In this document: piece by piece, positions 9,698 through 18,813 of the stretch | Numbering within the stretch: position 1 is the first letter of the stretch | Layout of the letters: the number at the start of each line of letters is the position of its first letter | IMG/VR virus record: IMGVR_UViG_3300017991_000001 | Coordinates: 147,085-211,084 of that record | DNA: 64,000 nucleotides | Reading direction: 5' to 3' (one strand) | Position numbers and translations under genes: made by a program | The notes under the pieces: generated by a model | What the model saw: the letters and a program-made list of their open reading frames with translations, nothing else | What the model was told of the DNA's origin: nothing | Database searches by the model: none

Positions 9698-9943
9698 ATG
9701 AGAACGACCATCACTAACACTTCGGGCGCGGAAAAGACCTTCGGGTGGATTCCTCCGCACGGGCACACCTTGGCGAACGGAGCATCCGTCGTCATTGAGG
9801 GCGACCTGCGCACGATCCTGGGAGGCGGCCGTGGTCGATACTCCAGGGGTCAGGAGCTTGCGGGCCTCAACGACGCGGTCACCCGCGGCCAAGTGACGGA
9901 AGAGGAGACCGTCGGTCCGTCCAGCTCTTCGAGCAGCGCCTAA
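9698..9943 (+). CDS. small protein with FGWIPPHG domain and C-terminal poly-Ser
   Basis: GAGGAG RBS; homologous to the N-terminus of the 59643 protein; ends GPSSSSSSA. Confidence 0.7.
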   Translation: MRTTITNTSGAEKTFGWIPPHGHTLANGASVVIEGDLRTILGGGRGRYSRGQELAGLNDAVTRGQVTEEETVGPSSSSSSA

Positions 9944-9985
9944 CCGCCGCCCGGCGGCGGTTTGCCGCGATACGGCGAATGAACC

Positions 9986-10022
9986 GCCGCCCGGCTATGT
10001 GTACATGGCCGGGCGGCTTTTT
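9986..10022 (+). terminator. Rho-independent terminator ending the head operon
   Basis: GCCGCCCGGCTATG-TGTA-CATGGCCGGGCGGC stem followed by TTTTT; a second hairpin at 9942-9962 begins with the same 14 bp (AACCGCCGCCCGGC). Confidence 0.8.
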
Positions 10023-10043
10023 CATTAGGAGAGGGACGCACAG

Positions 10044-10967
10044 ATGGCATTCGCGAACGAATGCATTGACGCTCAGGGGGTCTGCCCCAACCGCATCCCG
10101 TTCCTGGTGACCGGGCAGTGCGCCGTGGAGTCGCTGTACATCACCATCAAGGACATCAACAGCGGCGAGCCCATCGACCTGACTCAGTACGGGATCTTCT
10201 CCTCGTCGGACCCGAGCAGCTCATCGTCCTCGTCTTCCTCCAGCTTCTTCAGCAGCAGCTCCTCCTCGGGGGGCGACGACCCGGAGGACGGAGTCGAGTT
10301 CGTGGCCAAGGAGCTGCCTAAAACGCCCACGTACCTCTTCAAGAAGTACGGCGTCGTGGAGAGCGAGGAGGACGCGCGGAACGGTCGGGTGCGCCTGGAC
10401 GTGACGGCCGAGGACACGGCCCGCGCGGGGATCTGGTCCGCGATGGCCGGCGTCTGGTACAACGGCTACATACGCAAGCTGATGCCGTTCTACTACGAGG
10501 TCCAGCCCAACCTGCTGGCCGACTACTGGAACGGCCCCCTGACGACCTACCAGCTGCGCCTGTACCTGCGGGACAAGTGCGCTGAAGACAACTTCCTGCT
10601 CGACGACACGGAGTTCAAGCAGGAAGAGCTGCACGCGATGATGATCAAGGTGATCGACGAGTGGAACGAGGAGCCGCCGCCCGGCTTCGAGTCCAACCCG
10701 GTCGACTTCCCCTACCGTCACAACTGGGCCGAGGCGGTCATAGGCGAGCTGTTCACCATGGCGGCCTACCAGCTGCGCCGGAACAAGCTGGACTACACCG
10801 CCGGCGGGGTGCAGGTGGACGACGAGGCCCGCTGGGAGATGTACCTGGCCCGCGCGAAGGAACTCAAGTCGGAGTGGAAGGCGTTCATCATCCGCAAGAA
10901 GATCGAGCTGAACATTGAGGGTGGTTTCCAGAGCCTGGGAGGGTATCGGCACACGATACCGCGATAG
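10044..10967 (+). CDS. putative head-tail adaptor/neck protein with a poly-Ser insert
   Basis: C-half LRLYLRDK..DNFLLDD..NKLDYTAGGVQVDD resembles connector proteins; position after the capsid operon. Confidence 0.5.
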   Translation: MAFANECIDAQGVCPNRIPFLVTGQCAVESLYITIKDINSGEPIDLTQYGIFSSSDPSSSSSSSSSSFFSSSSSSGGDDPEDGVEFVAKELPKTPTYLFKKYGVVESEEDARNGRVRLDVTAEDTARAGIWSAMAGVWYNGYIRKLMPFYYEVQPNLLADYWNGPLTTYQLRLYLRDKCAEDNFLLDDTEFKQEELHAMMIKVIDEWNEEPPPGFESNPVDFPYRHNWAEAVIGELFTMAAYQLRRNKLDYTAGGVQVDDEARWEMYLARAKELKSEWKAFIIRKKIELNIEGGFQSLGGYRHTIPR

Positions 10968-10969
10968 TC

Positions 10970-11572
10970 ATGGAAAAAGAAGCCGTCGGGCCCGTTGCCG
11001 GGGCCCTTGGAAAGGCCTGGGGCATCGGTAAGGTTCTGCTGGGTTTCGGGGACAAGATGCCGAAGTGGTTGTGGCCCCTCTTCGGCATCGCCGCGGCGTC
11101 ACCCGTCGTGGGCTACGCCCTTGAGAGCCGGCGCGAGAAGTCCAAGCGCACCGACGAGATCAGGCGCCGCATGAACGTGATGCGGCAGCTGCCGGGCGGG
11201 GAGGCGCTCCCGATGAACTTCGGGGAGACGCAGCCCCTGCAGGCCAAGCGAACGTCGGAGGAGGGGTACCTGCCCTTCCCGCTGCCCCCGAAGCAGGAGT
11301 CCATCCTGTCCAAGTTCGGGGAGGCGCGGGTCGTCGTGGCACGTTCGCTGGGACGGCCCGAGATCAAGGAGTCGGGGCTCAACGAGCTGGGGATCATGTT
11401 GCAGCAGGCCAAGAACAGGGCCAAGCAGAAGAGCCCGGCGAGCACGCTGAACGAGGGCGTGGACACCGAGCCGAAGGGCGAGAAGCCCGAAGAGAAGCGC
11501 GAGCAGCAGGGTGAGGCTAGGCCTGCAGCCGACTACGCCAGCGTGGGCGGCGGCATGGCGCACGGAGTGTGA
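10970..11572 (+). CDS. hypothetical protein (MEKEA start, amphipathic/hydrophobic N-segment)
   Basis: ATG 2 nt after the upstream TAG; K-x-A at residues 3-5. Confidence 0.7.
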   Translation: MEKEAVGPVAGALGKAWGIGKVLLGFGDKMPKWLWPLFGIAAASPVVGYALESRREKSKRTDEIRRRMNVMRQLPGGEALPMNFGETQPLQAKRTSEEGYLPFPLPPKQESILSKFGEARVVVARSLGRPEIKESGLNELGIMLQQAKNRAKQKSPASTLNEGVDTEPKGEKPEEKREQQGEARPAADYASVGGGMAHGV

Positions 11573-11573
11573 G

Positions 11574-12710
11574 ATGAATCACCGGGCTTACTTGTTTAAG
11601 GAAGCAGCCAAGTGGTCTCGCCGCTTGATGGGTATGCTACGTTCTGCGACCCCCAAGAGGCGTAAACGCTTACTTAATCAATTCTACGAAGGTCATCTTC
11701 CTGAAAAGGGAATGGTGAGTCGGTATGGCTTAGAGGACGATCTAAGGGAGATGCAAACGTATAGTAGAGCACTGGAAAGGGCCGAGGATGCTTCAGAAGC
11801 GATGTCAGGATTGAAACAGCGTATGATAGAAAGAAAGATCCCTGTTCCGAAAACTGCCCCCACTCCAAAGGGCTTTCGTGACTATGGGTATGGTATGTCA
11901 GGTGCACGCACCATCGCTTCCGACCTGACAGAAGTGTTCCCTAAAGCAAAGAGATCAAAGATAAAAGGCATTGTGAAAAGAAGTCCGGCCGCTTTGTACA
12001 AATACCTGGCAAGTCAAGTTAGCGCTTATCCAATGAGTCCTGAAAGACGGTGGGGTGCCAATAGTCTACTGGAAAAGTGGCTTGTGTCGGGCAAAGGGAA
12101 AGCATTCAAACCACGTCCACCGCATAAGTATATGAAGACGCATAAGACAAAAGGGGGCAAAGTTGTCACGGAGGAATATAAGAAAAAGCAACCCGAGTAT
12201 CAGCCCGAAGCACACGTCTGGAGAGGCTATGGTTCGGACCGTCCTCTGCTTGCTCGTACAAGCGATGTTTTTGTTTCACCACACCCGCAAGTGGCAACAA
12301 GTTTTGGTGACCTCGTGGCCCGCATCCCTTTATCCCGATACGGCAACGTAAAGTATAGCCCGGACGTGGGGCTGAAATTTGAAGGTGCTGTTTCCTCTGG
12401 GTATAAGTGGCGTAAGAAGCGCCTTGCAAAGATCAAAAAAAGAATGTTGAAGGGGAAAGGATACAAGAAGTTCATCTACCCCGGAATGAACGCTCCCCTT
12501 CGAGATTATGAAACCGTTTTACCGACAGTGGGACCAAAGGACATCGGGGAGCTGTACAGCAGCCATGACTACAAACTGCACCCGCTTCGTTTGAAACTGC
12601 CGAAAAGGATGCAGACTGCAGGCAAGCGGACAGTACCGGCTACTGGCGAGAATCTGCTTTCACATCCCGTTACGAAGTCATTGTCTGAATTTGTAACACC
12701 AATCATGTAG
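11574..12710 (+). CDS. leader-bearing, AT-richer basic protein with ADP-ribosyltransferase-like motifs
   Basis: Starts MNHRAYLFKEA; HVWRG ... VFVSPHPQVATSFG ... RDYETVL; codon usage differs visibly from the flanks. Confidence 0.55.
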   Translation: MNHRAYLFKEAAKWSRRLMGMLRSATPKRRKRLLNQFYEGHLPEKGMVSRYGLEDDLREMQTYSRALERAEDASEAMSGLKQRMIERKIPVPKTAPTPKGFRDYGYGMSGARTIASDLTEVFPKAKRSKIKGIVKRSPAALYKYLASQVSAYPMSPERRWGANSLLEKWLVSGKGKAFKPRPPHKYMKTHKTKGGKVVTEEYKKKQPEYQPEAHVWRGYGSDRPLLARTSDVFVSPHPQVATSFGDLVARIPLSRYGNVKYSPDVGLKFEGAVSSGYKWRKKRLAKIKKRMLKGKGYKKFIYPGMNAPLRDYETVLPTVGPKDIGELYSSHDYKLHPLRLKLPKRMQTAGKRTVPATGENLLSHPVTKSLSEFVTPIM

Positions 12711-12719
12711 AGGAAAAAC

Positions 12720-13697
12720 ATGACAGACGTGCCGGTCCTACAGGGTTACGACATCTCGGCCATCGACTGCGATGTGTTCGAGCGTATCCAGATCCAGACC
12801 AACCCTCTGGGCGGCAACGTCATTGCGTGGGGCCTGCAGCAGGGCTTCAATCAACCCGGTCCCTATCACTTCTACGTGGACTTCGGCCGCTCCGGCACCA
12901 ACGAGTGGGAGGTCCTCAACCAGACCCCCGTCGTGGACGACTGCTTCTTCGTGGACCCCTGCCAGCGCCACTGGGACACGCTGGTCGACTACTTCTACAG
13001 GGTTCGCCTGGTGCTGCCCAGCGTCAAGGACGACGCCGGCAACTGTGTAGCCTACGTCTCCCAGCCCCAGCAGGCCAACGGGCTGTGGAACAAGAAGGAC
13101 TGGCTGAAGGCGCGCTACATCATCCGCCAGGAACTGAAGTTGCAGGACAAGGCCACCACCCAGACGTCGAAGGGTGTGCTGCTCAAGCGCCGGCGCTACG
13201 GCGAGCAGTCGGTGACGACCACCACCTGGGACGTCGGCGAGATCCAGCACACCGGTTCCACGGTGGATTACGGGACCGGCATCGTGGGCGGGTACTTCCG
13301 GGCCATCGATTACCGGATCACCTTTGACACGCCCTGGCGGCGCGAGTTCGGGCGCGACAACCCCACCAAGGGCACCACGCACGAGATCAAGCGCTCCGGG
13401 CGGGCCATCGCCTACCCCTACGTTGAACACGACGATGTGTTCCATCGGCTGGACAGCGGAGAGCGCTTTGTCATCAAGGCGGTGGAGACCGTCGCCGAGA
13501 TCGGCAACATCCCGATCATCGTGAAGCTCGAGTTGAGCCTTGCCCCAACGACCGCTGAGATTTATAAGATACCCCTTTCAGGGGGTTCCTCGTCCGCCGC
13601 GCCTGAGTCGTCGGACAGTTCGGAGTCAAGCCCAAGCGGCGTCGAACCCGAGAGCTGCGGCCCCACGGCCCGCATCGATGACGCCGGAGAGTGGTAA
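12720..13697 (+). CDS. putative neck/head-closure protein
   Basis: GAGG RBS; YGTGIVGGYF and GERFVIKAV motifs; position; Ser-rich C-terminal tail. Confidence 0.5.
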   Translation: MTDVPVLQGYDISAIDCDVFERIQIQTNPLGGNVIAWGLQQGFNQPGPYHFYVDFGRSGTNEWEVLNQTPVVDDCFFVDPCQRHWDTLVDYFYRVRLVLPSVKDDAGNCVAYVSQPQQANGLWNKKDWLKARYIIRQELKLQDKATTQTSKGVLLKRRRYGEQSVTTTTWDVGEIQHTGSTVDYGTGIVGGYFRAIDYRITFDTPWRREFGRDNPTKGTTHEIKRSGRAIAYPYVEHDDVFHRLDSGERFVIKAVETVAEIGNIPIIVKLELSLAPTTAEIYKIPLSGGSSSAAPESSDSSESSPSGVEPESCGPTARIDDAGEW

Positions 13698-13710
13698 AAG
13701 GAGACACACA

Positions 13711-13956
13711 ATGGCCGGTAAGGAAGAGCAAGTCAAAGAGGCGGAAGCCAACATCCAGGAGCGCCTGCAGGCGTTCGACTACGGGATGGAACTCTTCTTC
13801 AAGGAAGCGGGCATCGAGAAAGCCGCGGTTGCGCAGGCCGTCGGTCTCGAAGAGCAGGACCTTGCCCCGAAGTCGGCACGATGGCTGAAGGAACAGATGG
13901 AGGCGGCGAACAAGGAAGCAGAGAGCAAAGACGCCGCCCCGACAAAGGAGGAGTAG
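13711..13956 (+). CDS. small acidic protein with repeated K-x-A
   Basis: AAGGAG RBS then ATG 13711 (MAGKEEQVKEA...FFKEAGIEKAA). Confidence 0.7.
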   Translation: MAGKEEQVKEAEANIQERLQAFDYGMELFFKEAGIEKAAVAQAVGLEEQDLAPKSARWLKEQMEAANKEAESKDAAPTKEE

Positions 13957-14031
13957 GCCCGTTCGGTCGGGTCTCTCCGCTACTGCGCAGGATAGGCCTG
14001 ACCTGGGAGCCCGACCACGAGGAGATCCTCG

Positions 14032-14778
14032 ATGGCAGTCGACTGTGGAAACGATTCCGGGACGCCCGCACCAGGCGGGACACCGATTACAAAGGTCGGA
14101 CTCGATGAGAAGTCGAGTCTCTGCACGACCGGTTTCCACCCGAATATCATCACGGGGTTCATCACGCGGGCTTTGCGGGACCACTTCTCGGACCCTGACA
14201 ACCTGGAGTTCGGCGGGCGCAATGAGTTTCGCATCGTCGACGGCCAGCGGCTCATGGTCGAGGAGTTGCAGAATTACGTATGGACGGCGGGGCCGGACAC
14301 GGAGCTCCTGATCGATCCATCGTGGAAGTACAACCGGCAGAACATCCAGAAGCGGCCGGGCCTGCTCGTGCACCGAAACAAGTTCTCGCGCAGCAGCCCG
14401 ATCGTGATGGGGGACGGCCAGACGGTCGGCCCCAAACGGGATCAAGCCGGTAACATTCAGCGGGTGCGGGGGAGATACCAGACCTGCGCCATTGCGGGGA
14501 GCCACACGGTCTTCTGTATCGGTGGCGCCGGAGCAGAAGCAGAGTTGCTGGGTGCGGAAGTGTTCAACCACTTCCTCATGTTCGGGCAGCTGTTCCGCGA
14601 GGAGTGGAAGATGCACGAGTTCAGTGCAAATTCCGTGGAACCGGTTGCCTATCTTGAGGAATTCGACGATCATTACGTGGTGCCGGTCGTGCTGTCGTAC
14701 GCCTACATGCCCACGTGGCGCGTCGAACGGGAAGCACCCTGGCTTAAAACACTCGCGATTGACATTCAATCGGAATAA
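14032..14778 (+). CDS. putative tail terminator/completion protein
   Basis: GAGGAG RBS; immediately upstream of the sheath; size and beta pattern fit. Confidence 0.5.
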   Translation: MAVDCGNDSGTPAPGGTPITKVGLDEKSSLCTTGFHPNIITGFITRALRDHFSDPDNLEFGGRNEFRIVDGQRLMVEELQNYVWTAGPDTELLIDPSWKYNRQNIQKRPGLLVHRNKFSRSSPIVMGDGQTVGPKRDQAGNIQRVRGRYQTCAIAGSHTVFCIGGAGAEAELLGAEVFNHFLMFGQLFREEWKMHEFSANSVEPVAYLEEFDDHYVVPVVLSYAYMPTWRVEREAPWLKTLAIDIQSE

Positions 14779-14790
14779 GGAGACGCTCAC

Positions 14791-17598
14791 ATGCCGTCGT
14801 ACGTGCTCCCCCAGGTACTGGTCTTTCAAGAGTTTGAAGCCCAGCCCGCGCAGATCGCGCAGCCGCAACACGCGTGCATTGTGGGTCCCCACTACAGCCT
14901 CCACCGTTACACCGAGGAGCGCTCCGAGATCTACGTGGGCACCTATGATCCGCTCAACGAGGAATGCTTTGCCTGGCCCAACCGGCCGGCGGGCGGCGAG
15001 GTGGACCCGGACTACACGCGGGTCTACATGGAGAACGCCCTCCTCCAGTACTTCAACGACCCCGCGGGCGACAGCTCGCTGGTCAACCACGTCGCCCCCG
15101 GCAAGAACCGCATCCGGGCCGACTCCAAGATCTTCCAGACGGCCAACGGCTACGCCCGCAGCACCGACTTCCTCCGGGACGTCCAGGTGGGCGACGTGGC
15201 CAAGGTCCTGGCCAGCTCCTGTGGCGAGCCGGTCAGCCTGGTCGCCAACATTGTCGGCCTGGTCGCCGACGTGCTGGCCGCCGTGGTCGATTCGGCCGAG
15301 GTCGATATCGACAACCAGGCCGCCACCGTGGCCTCCACCGCCGACGCGCAAACGGCCGGCGCCATCAACAACGTGGGCGTCGACTCGGTCGACGGCTCCA
15401 GTTACGACGGCCTGCCGGACGGCGAGCCTTCCGAGACCTACACCATTGAAGTCATTGCCGGCTCCACCGGAGGGGACGCCACCTCGGCCCTTCTTCGGGT
15501 GACCTCGGCATCCGGGCTCGACAACGTGGCCGAGGTCACTCCGGCCGCATTCGCATCTCCGACCTCCATTGGCACCCGGGGCCTGACGGTAACCTTCGTC
15601 AACAACACCGGCAGTTCTTCGAGCGGCCCCGGCGGCCCGGTCGACCCCGACGACTTCCTGATCGGGCAGACCTGGGAGGTCGAGGTTTCGCAGACCTTCA
15701 CGCCGGCCACGCCGGCTTCGGGCGGCACGTACGGCGGCGCGGCGGACACGACCTACATCGTGGAAGTCACCCGCGGCGGGCTGTTCTCGAGCTCCACCAA
15801 GCCCCAGATCACGGTCACCACGACCACGGGCATCGACATCTCCGGCCCGACGGAAGTGCCCGCCTCCGCCACCGCGGTGGTGGTCGGCACCCAAGGCGTG
15901 ACCATCGCCTTCACGGGCGCGGGCCTGAACAAGGGCGACCGCTACACGATCGCCGTGGAAGCGGCCAAGGACGGGCCGGTCCGCACGCTGGTGCTGGACC
16001 GCAACCTGCCCGATGCCCTGCGGGGTGTCTGTGACGCGGGCACGTCCTCCTCGTCCAGCGGCGCGCCGCCGGACCTGGACCTGACGCTCTACGTCAAGAA
16101 GGACATCGAGGTGACCGAGGAACGCCTCGGCTCGCCGCCCCTGGTCAACTGGGAGCAGAGCGATACGGAGATCTGCCTGAAGTCCGGCATCACCGCCTTC
16201 GACAGCGACTTCCAGTCCGGCGGAAGCCTGGTGGCGCTGCCCGTCATGGACGGCGACATCTACATCAACTACCGGGCGATGCTCTCCACCCGCTGCAGCA
16301 CGGTGGGTTCGATCAGCGACGTCTCGGAGGTTTCCGGGGCGCTGGGTTCGGTCAGCCCGGACAACCCGCTGGCCTTCGGCGTCTACAAGGCGCTGGAGAA
16401 CAACAACGGCGAGGACGTGAAGTACCTGGCCGTGTGTGACGACAGCGGCAACGTGGACGCCACGCTGGAGCCGTGGCTGGACGCGCTGGAGATTCTGGTG
16501 GGCCGGGACGATGTCTACAGCCTGGTCCCCCTGACCCAGTACAAGCCCGTCTGCGACGCCTTCCTGGCGCACTGCTCGGCGCAGTCCACGCCGGAGAACG
16601 GCCGCTGGCGGATCACGTGGCTCAACCTGGCCGCCGAGGAGACCATCGGCGTCTACACGACCAGCGCGGTGGGCGGCGGTCCCGTCCTGGCCACGATCAC
16701 GGACGACCCCGACACCTCCGGCACGCAGTACACGCTGGTGGAAGCGGTCGGCGAGCAGTTCGTGACCAACGGGGTGCGGGCCGGCGACACGGTCCGGGCG
16801 CTGTACACCTCCGACGGGTTCGGCAACTACACCTACACCGAGTTCGTGGTGGACGCCGTGCTCAACGAGGAGTCGATTCGTTTGGTCACGGGACCGGACG
16901 CGGCGGTCAACACGCCCTCCAAGATCGAGATCTGGAGGACGCTCAGCAAGGACGAGCTGGCCACCGAGATGGCCACCAAGCCGGGCCTGTTCAGCAGCCG
17001 GCGCGCCTACCTGGTGTGGCCGGACACGCTCGGCAACGCCGGCGTCACTTTCGAGGGGTTCTACCTGTGTTCGGCTCTGGCGGGGCTGCGCTCCGGCGTG
17101 CTCCCGCACCAGGGCCTGACCAACGTGGAGATCAACGGGTTCGACGACCTGTCCCGCACGGTCGACTTCTTCAGCGCCAACCAGCTGAACACGATGGCGG
17201 CCAGCGGGTACTGGATCGTGACGCAGGACCCGAGCGACGGTTCGGTCTTCACCCGTCACCAGCTCTCGACGGGCGACCAGGACGAGCTGAACGAGAAGGA
17301 ACAGAACATCACCACCAACCTGGACAACATCTCGGTGAACTTCCTGATCCGCATGAAGCAGTTCATCGGACGCGGGAACGTGACGCCCACGATGCTGGCC
17401 ATCCTGCGCGGTGAGATTCTGGGACTGATCGAGCAGTTCAAGAACACGATCATCAACGACCAGTTAGGACCTCAGATCCTGAACGCTGAGATCCTGGAAC
17501 TCAGGCCGGACGATGTGCTGGGAGACCGGATCATCGCCCGCATCGACGTTGAGCTGCCGTACCCGCTCAACAACCTGGAGCTGCACCTGGTCGCTTAA
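14791..17598 (+). CDS. contractile tail sheath protein (935 aa, with large insertions)
   Basis: N-terminal YVLPQVLVFQE; C-terminal sheath-like region (GLRSGVLPHQGLTN, RHQLST, VELPYPLNNLELHLV); precedes the tube gene. Confidence 0.8.
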   Translation: MPSYVLPQVLVFQEFEAQPAQIAQPQHACIVGPHYSLHRYTEERSEIYVGTYDPLNEECFAWPNRPAGGEVDPDYTRVYMENALLQYFNDPAGDSSLVNHVAPGKNRIRADSKIFQTANGYARSTDFLRDVQVGDVAKVLASSCGEPVSLVANIVGLVADVLAAVVDSAEVDIDNQAATVASTADAQTAGAINNVGVDSVDGSSYDGLPDGEPSETYTIEVIAGSTGGDATSALLRVTSASGLDNVAEVTPAAFASPTSIGTRGLTVTFVNNTGSSSSGPGGPVDPDDFLIGQTWEVEVSQTFTPATPASGGTYGGAADTTYIVEVTRGGLFSSSTKPQITVTTTTGIDISGPTEVPASATAVVVGTQGVTIAFTGAGLNKGDRYTIAVEAAKDGPVRTLVLDRNLPDALRGVCDAGTSSSSSGAPPDLDLTLYVKKDIEVTEERLGSPPLVNWEQSDTEICLKSGITAFDSDFQSGGSLVALPVMDGDIYINYRAMLSTRCSTVGSISDVSEVSGALGSVSPDNPLAFGVYKALENNNGEDVKYLAVCDDSGNVDATLEPWLDALEILVGRDDVYSLVPLTQYKPVCDAFLAHCSAQSTPENGRWRITWLNLAAEETIGVYTTSAVGGGPVLATITDDPDTSGTQYTLVEAVGEQFVTNGVRAGDTVRALYTSDGFGNYTYTEFVVDAVLNEESIRLVTGPDAAVNTPSKIEIWRTLSKDELATEMATKPGLFSSRRAYLVWPDTLGNAGVTFEGFYLCSALAGLRSGVLPHQGLTNVEINGFDDLSRTVDFFSANQLNTMAASGYWIVTQDPSDGSVFTRHQLSTGDQDELNEKEQNITTNLDNISVNFLIRMKQFIGRGNVTPTMLAILRGEILGLIEQFKNTIINDQLGPQILNAEILELRPDDVLGDRIIARIDVELPYPLNNLELHLVA

Positions 17599-17606
17599 GG
17601 AGAGCG

Positions 17607-18308
17607 ATGGATTACAGGGGATACCTGATCAAGCAGGCGGCAGCGGGGCTTGTTGGCGAACAGGCCCCCGCGCCCGCTTCATGGTTTCTCAACCCCGTGA
17701 ACAAGGGGGATCGGGTACGCAAGTTCCTGAAGAACAGGAAGATCCAAAAGAGTCTCCAGAAGGAGGCGATGGGGCTGCGGCGGGCGCAACGTTTGGCGCG
17801 CCTGATGCGCAGCGGAAAGTTCAGCAAGCGCCGGGAGGTGTTCAAGCAGAAGCACGGGATTGAGACGCGGCATCCCTACGAGACAGCGCTGCATGACGTC
17901 AGGCGCAGGCTGCTGCGCCGGCAGCCGGAGAAGGCTTTTGGGGTGTTGACGGACCCGGACGTGCGGGACACGCTAAAGTATGTGGCGCGCAAGGGGCGCA
18001 ACCCGCTGGAACACCTGGAGCGCATGGGCGCCACGTCGAAGGCGGAACTGTTGGGGTTGGGGTTCCCGCCTGGCGTGCGACCGCCTGTCGGGTTGGGCGT
18101 GTTCGACCCGCTGCACAAGATCAAGGGTCGGTACCGGGGCGGCCAGGCAGCCAGCCGACCCATGGGTGCCTTGCCTGGCAGCCGGGTGATCGGGGCGCGG
18201 GAGAGTGCGCTGCCCGCGATACAGTTCGCCAAGGTCAAGGCCAAGGTGAAGGCGCCCGGCGGCAAATGGAAGAAGCGCAAGATGCGGATCGAGGACATGC
18301 CTGCATAA
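17607..18308 (+). CDS. leader-bearing highly basic protein inserted between sheath and tube
   Basis: AAGGAG RBS; starts MDYRGYLIKQA; very K/R-rich. Confidence 0.75.
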   Translation: MDYRGYLIKQAAAGLVGEQAPAPASWFLNPVNKGDRVRKFLKNRKIQKSLQKEAMGLRRAQRLARLMRSGKFSKRREVFKQKHGIETRHPYETALHDVRRRLLRRQPEKAFGVLTDPDVRDTLKYVARKGRNPLEHLERMGATSKAELLGLGFPPGVRPPVGLGVFDPLHKIKGRYRGGQAASRPMGALPGSRVIGARESALPAIQFAKVKAKVKAPGGKWKKRKMRIEDMPA

Positions 18309-18323
18309 TCGGGAGGATGAGCG

Positions 18324-18773
18324 ATGGCTCGTGACGTTTTCAATCGGGAAGTTGACCTGGGGACTCCGCTGGCGGCGGACGCCACGCGACTGCTGGTCAC
18401 GGGCCTGACCGAAGAGGACATGCTCGCCCAGAACGTGCGGATCGAGTACCGCCAGAACGTGAACCGCCTCTGGGAGGTGGGGTCCTCGAAGCAGTTCTTC
18501 ATCGCCGGCCGCACGGAAGGCACCATTGCCGTTGGCCGCATCATCGGGGGCAAGGGCGTCTCCGGTGAGTTCATTCGCCAGTACGGCGACGTCTGTAACA
18601 TGCCGGGCAATCACATCACGTTGCTGCTGGACTCGGGGTGCACGGACAACCAGACGCTGGGCAAGATCACGGCGTCCGGTGTCGTGGTTCAGTCCGTGGC
18701 CTACGCCGTCAACAGCCAGGAGATGGTGATCAACGAAGACATCGGCATGTTGTTCGCGCGCCTCGAGTTCTGA
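18324..18773 (+). CDS. tail tube protein
   Basis: 149 aa; QNVRIEYRQNVNRLWEVGS...GRTEGTI tube-like pattern; downstream of the sheath; GGAGG RBS. Confidence 0.7.
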   Translation: MARDVFNREVDLGTPLAADATRLLVTGLTEEDMLAQNVRIEYRQNVNRLWEVGSSKQFFIAGRTEGTIAVGRIIGGKGVSGEFIRQYGDVCNMPGNHITLLLDSGCTDNQTLGKITASGVVVQSVAYAVNSQEMVINEDIGMLFARLEF

Positions 18774-18813
18774 GGCGCCTTAGGCGCCGCTGCGGCGTCA
18801 TTGAGTAGCAGAG

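Noticed and set aside
10198-10268. Poly-Ser tracts as slippage microsatellites or phase-variation sites
   Set aside because: Mixed TCN/AGY codons with no perfect repeat unit.
13516-17259. Very long minus-strand ORFs (also 37-1233, 7324-8970, 19117-21300, 29202-30656, 47213-49066)
   Set aside because: Antisense shadows of GC3-biased + strand genes; no RBS and implausible composition.
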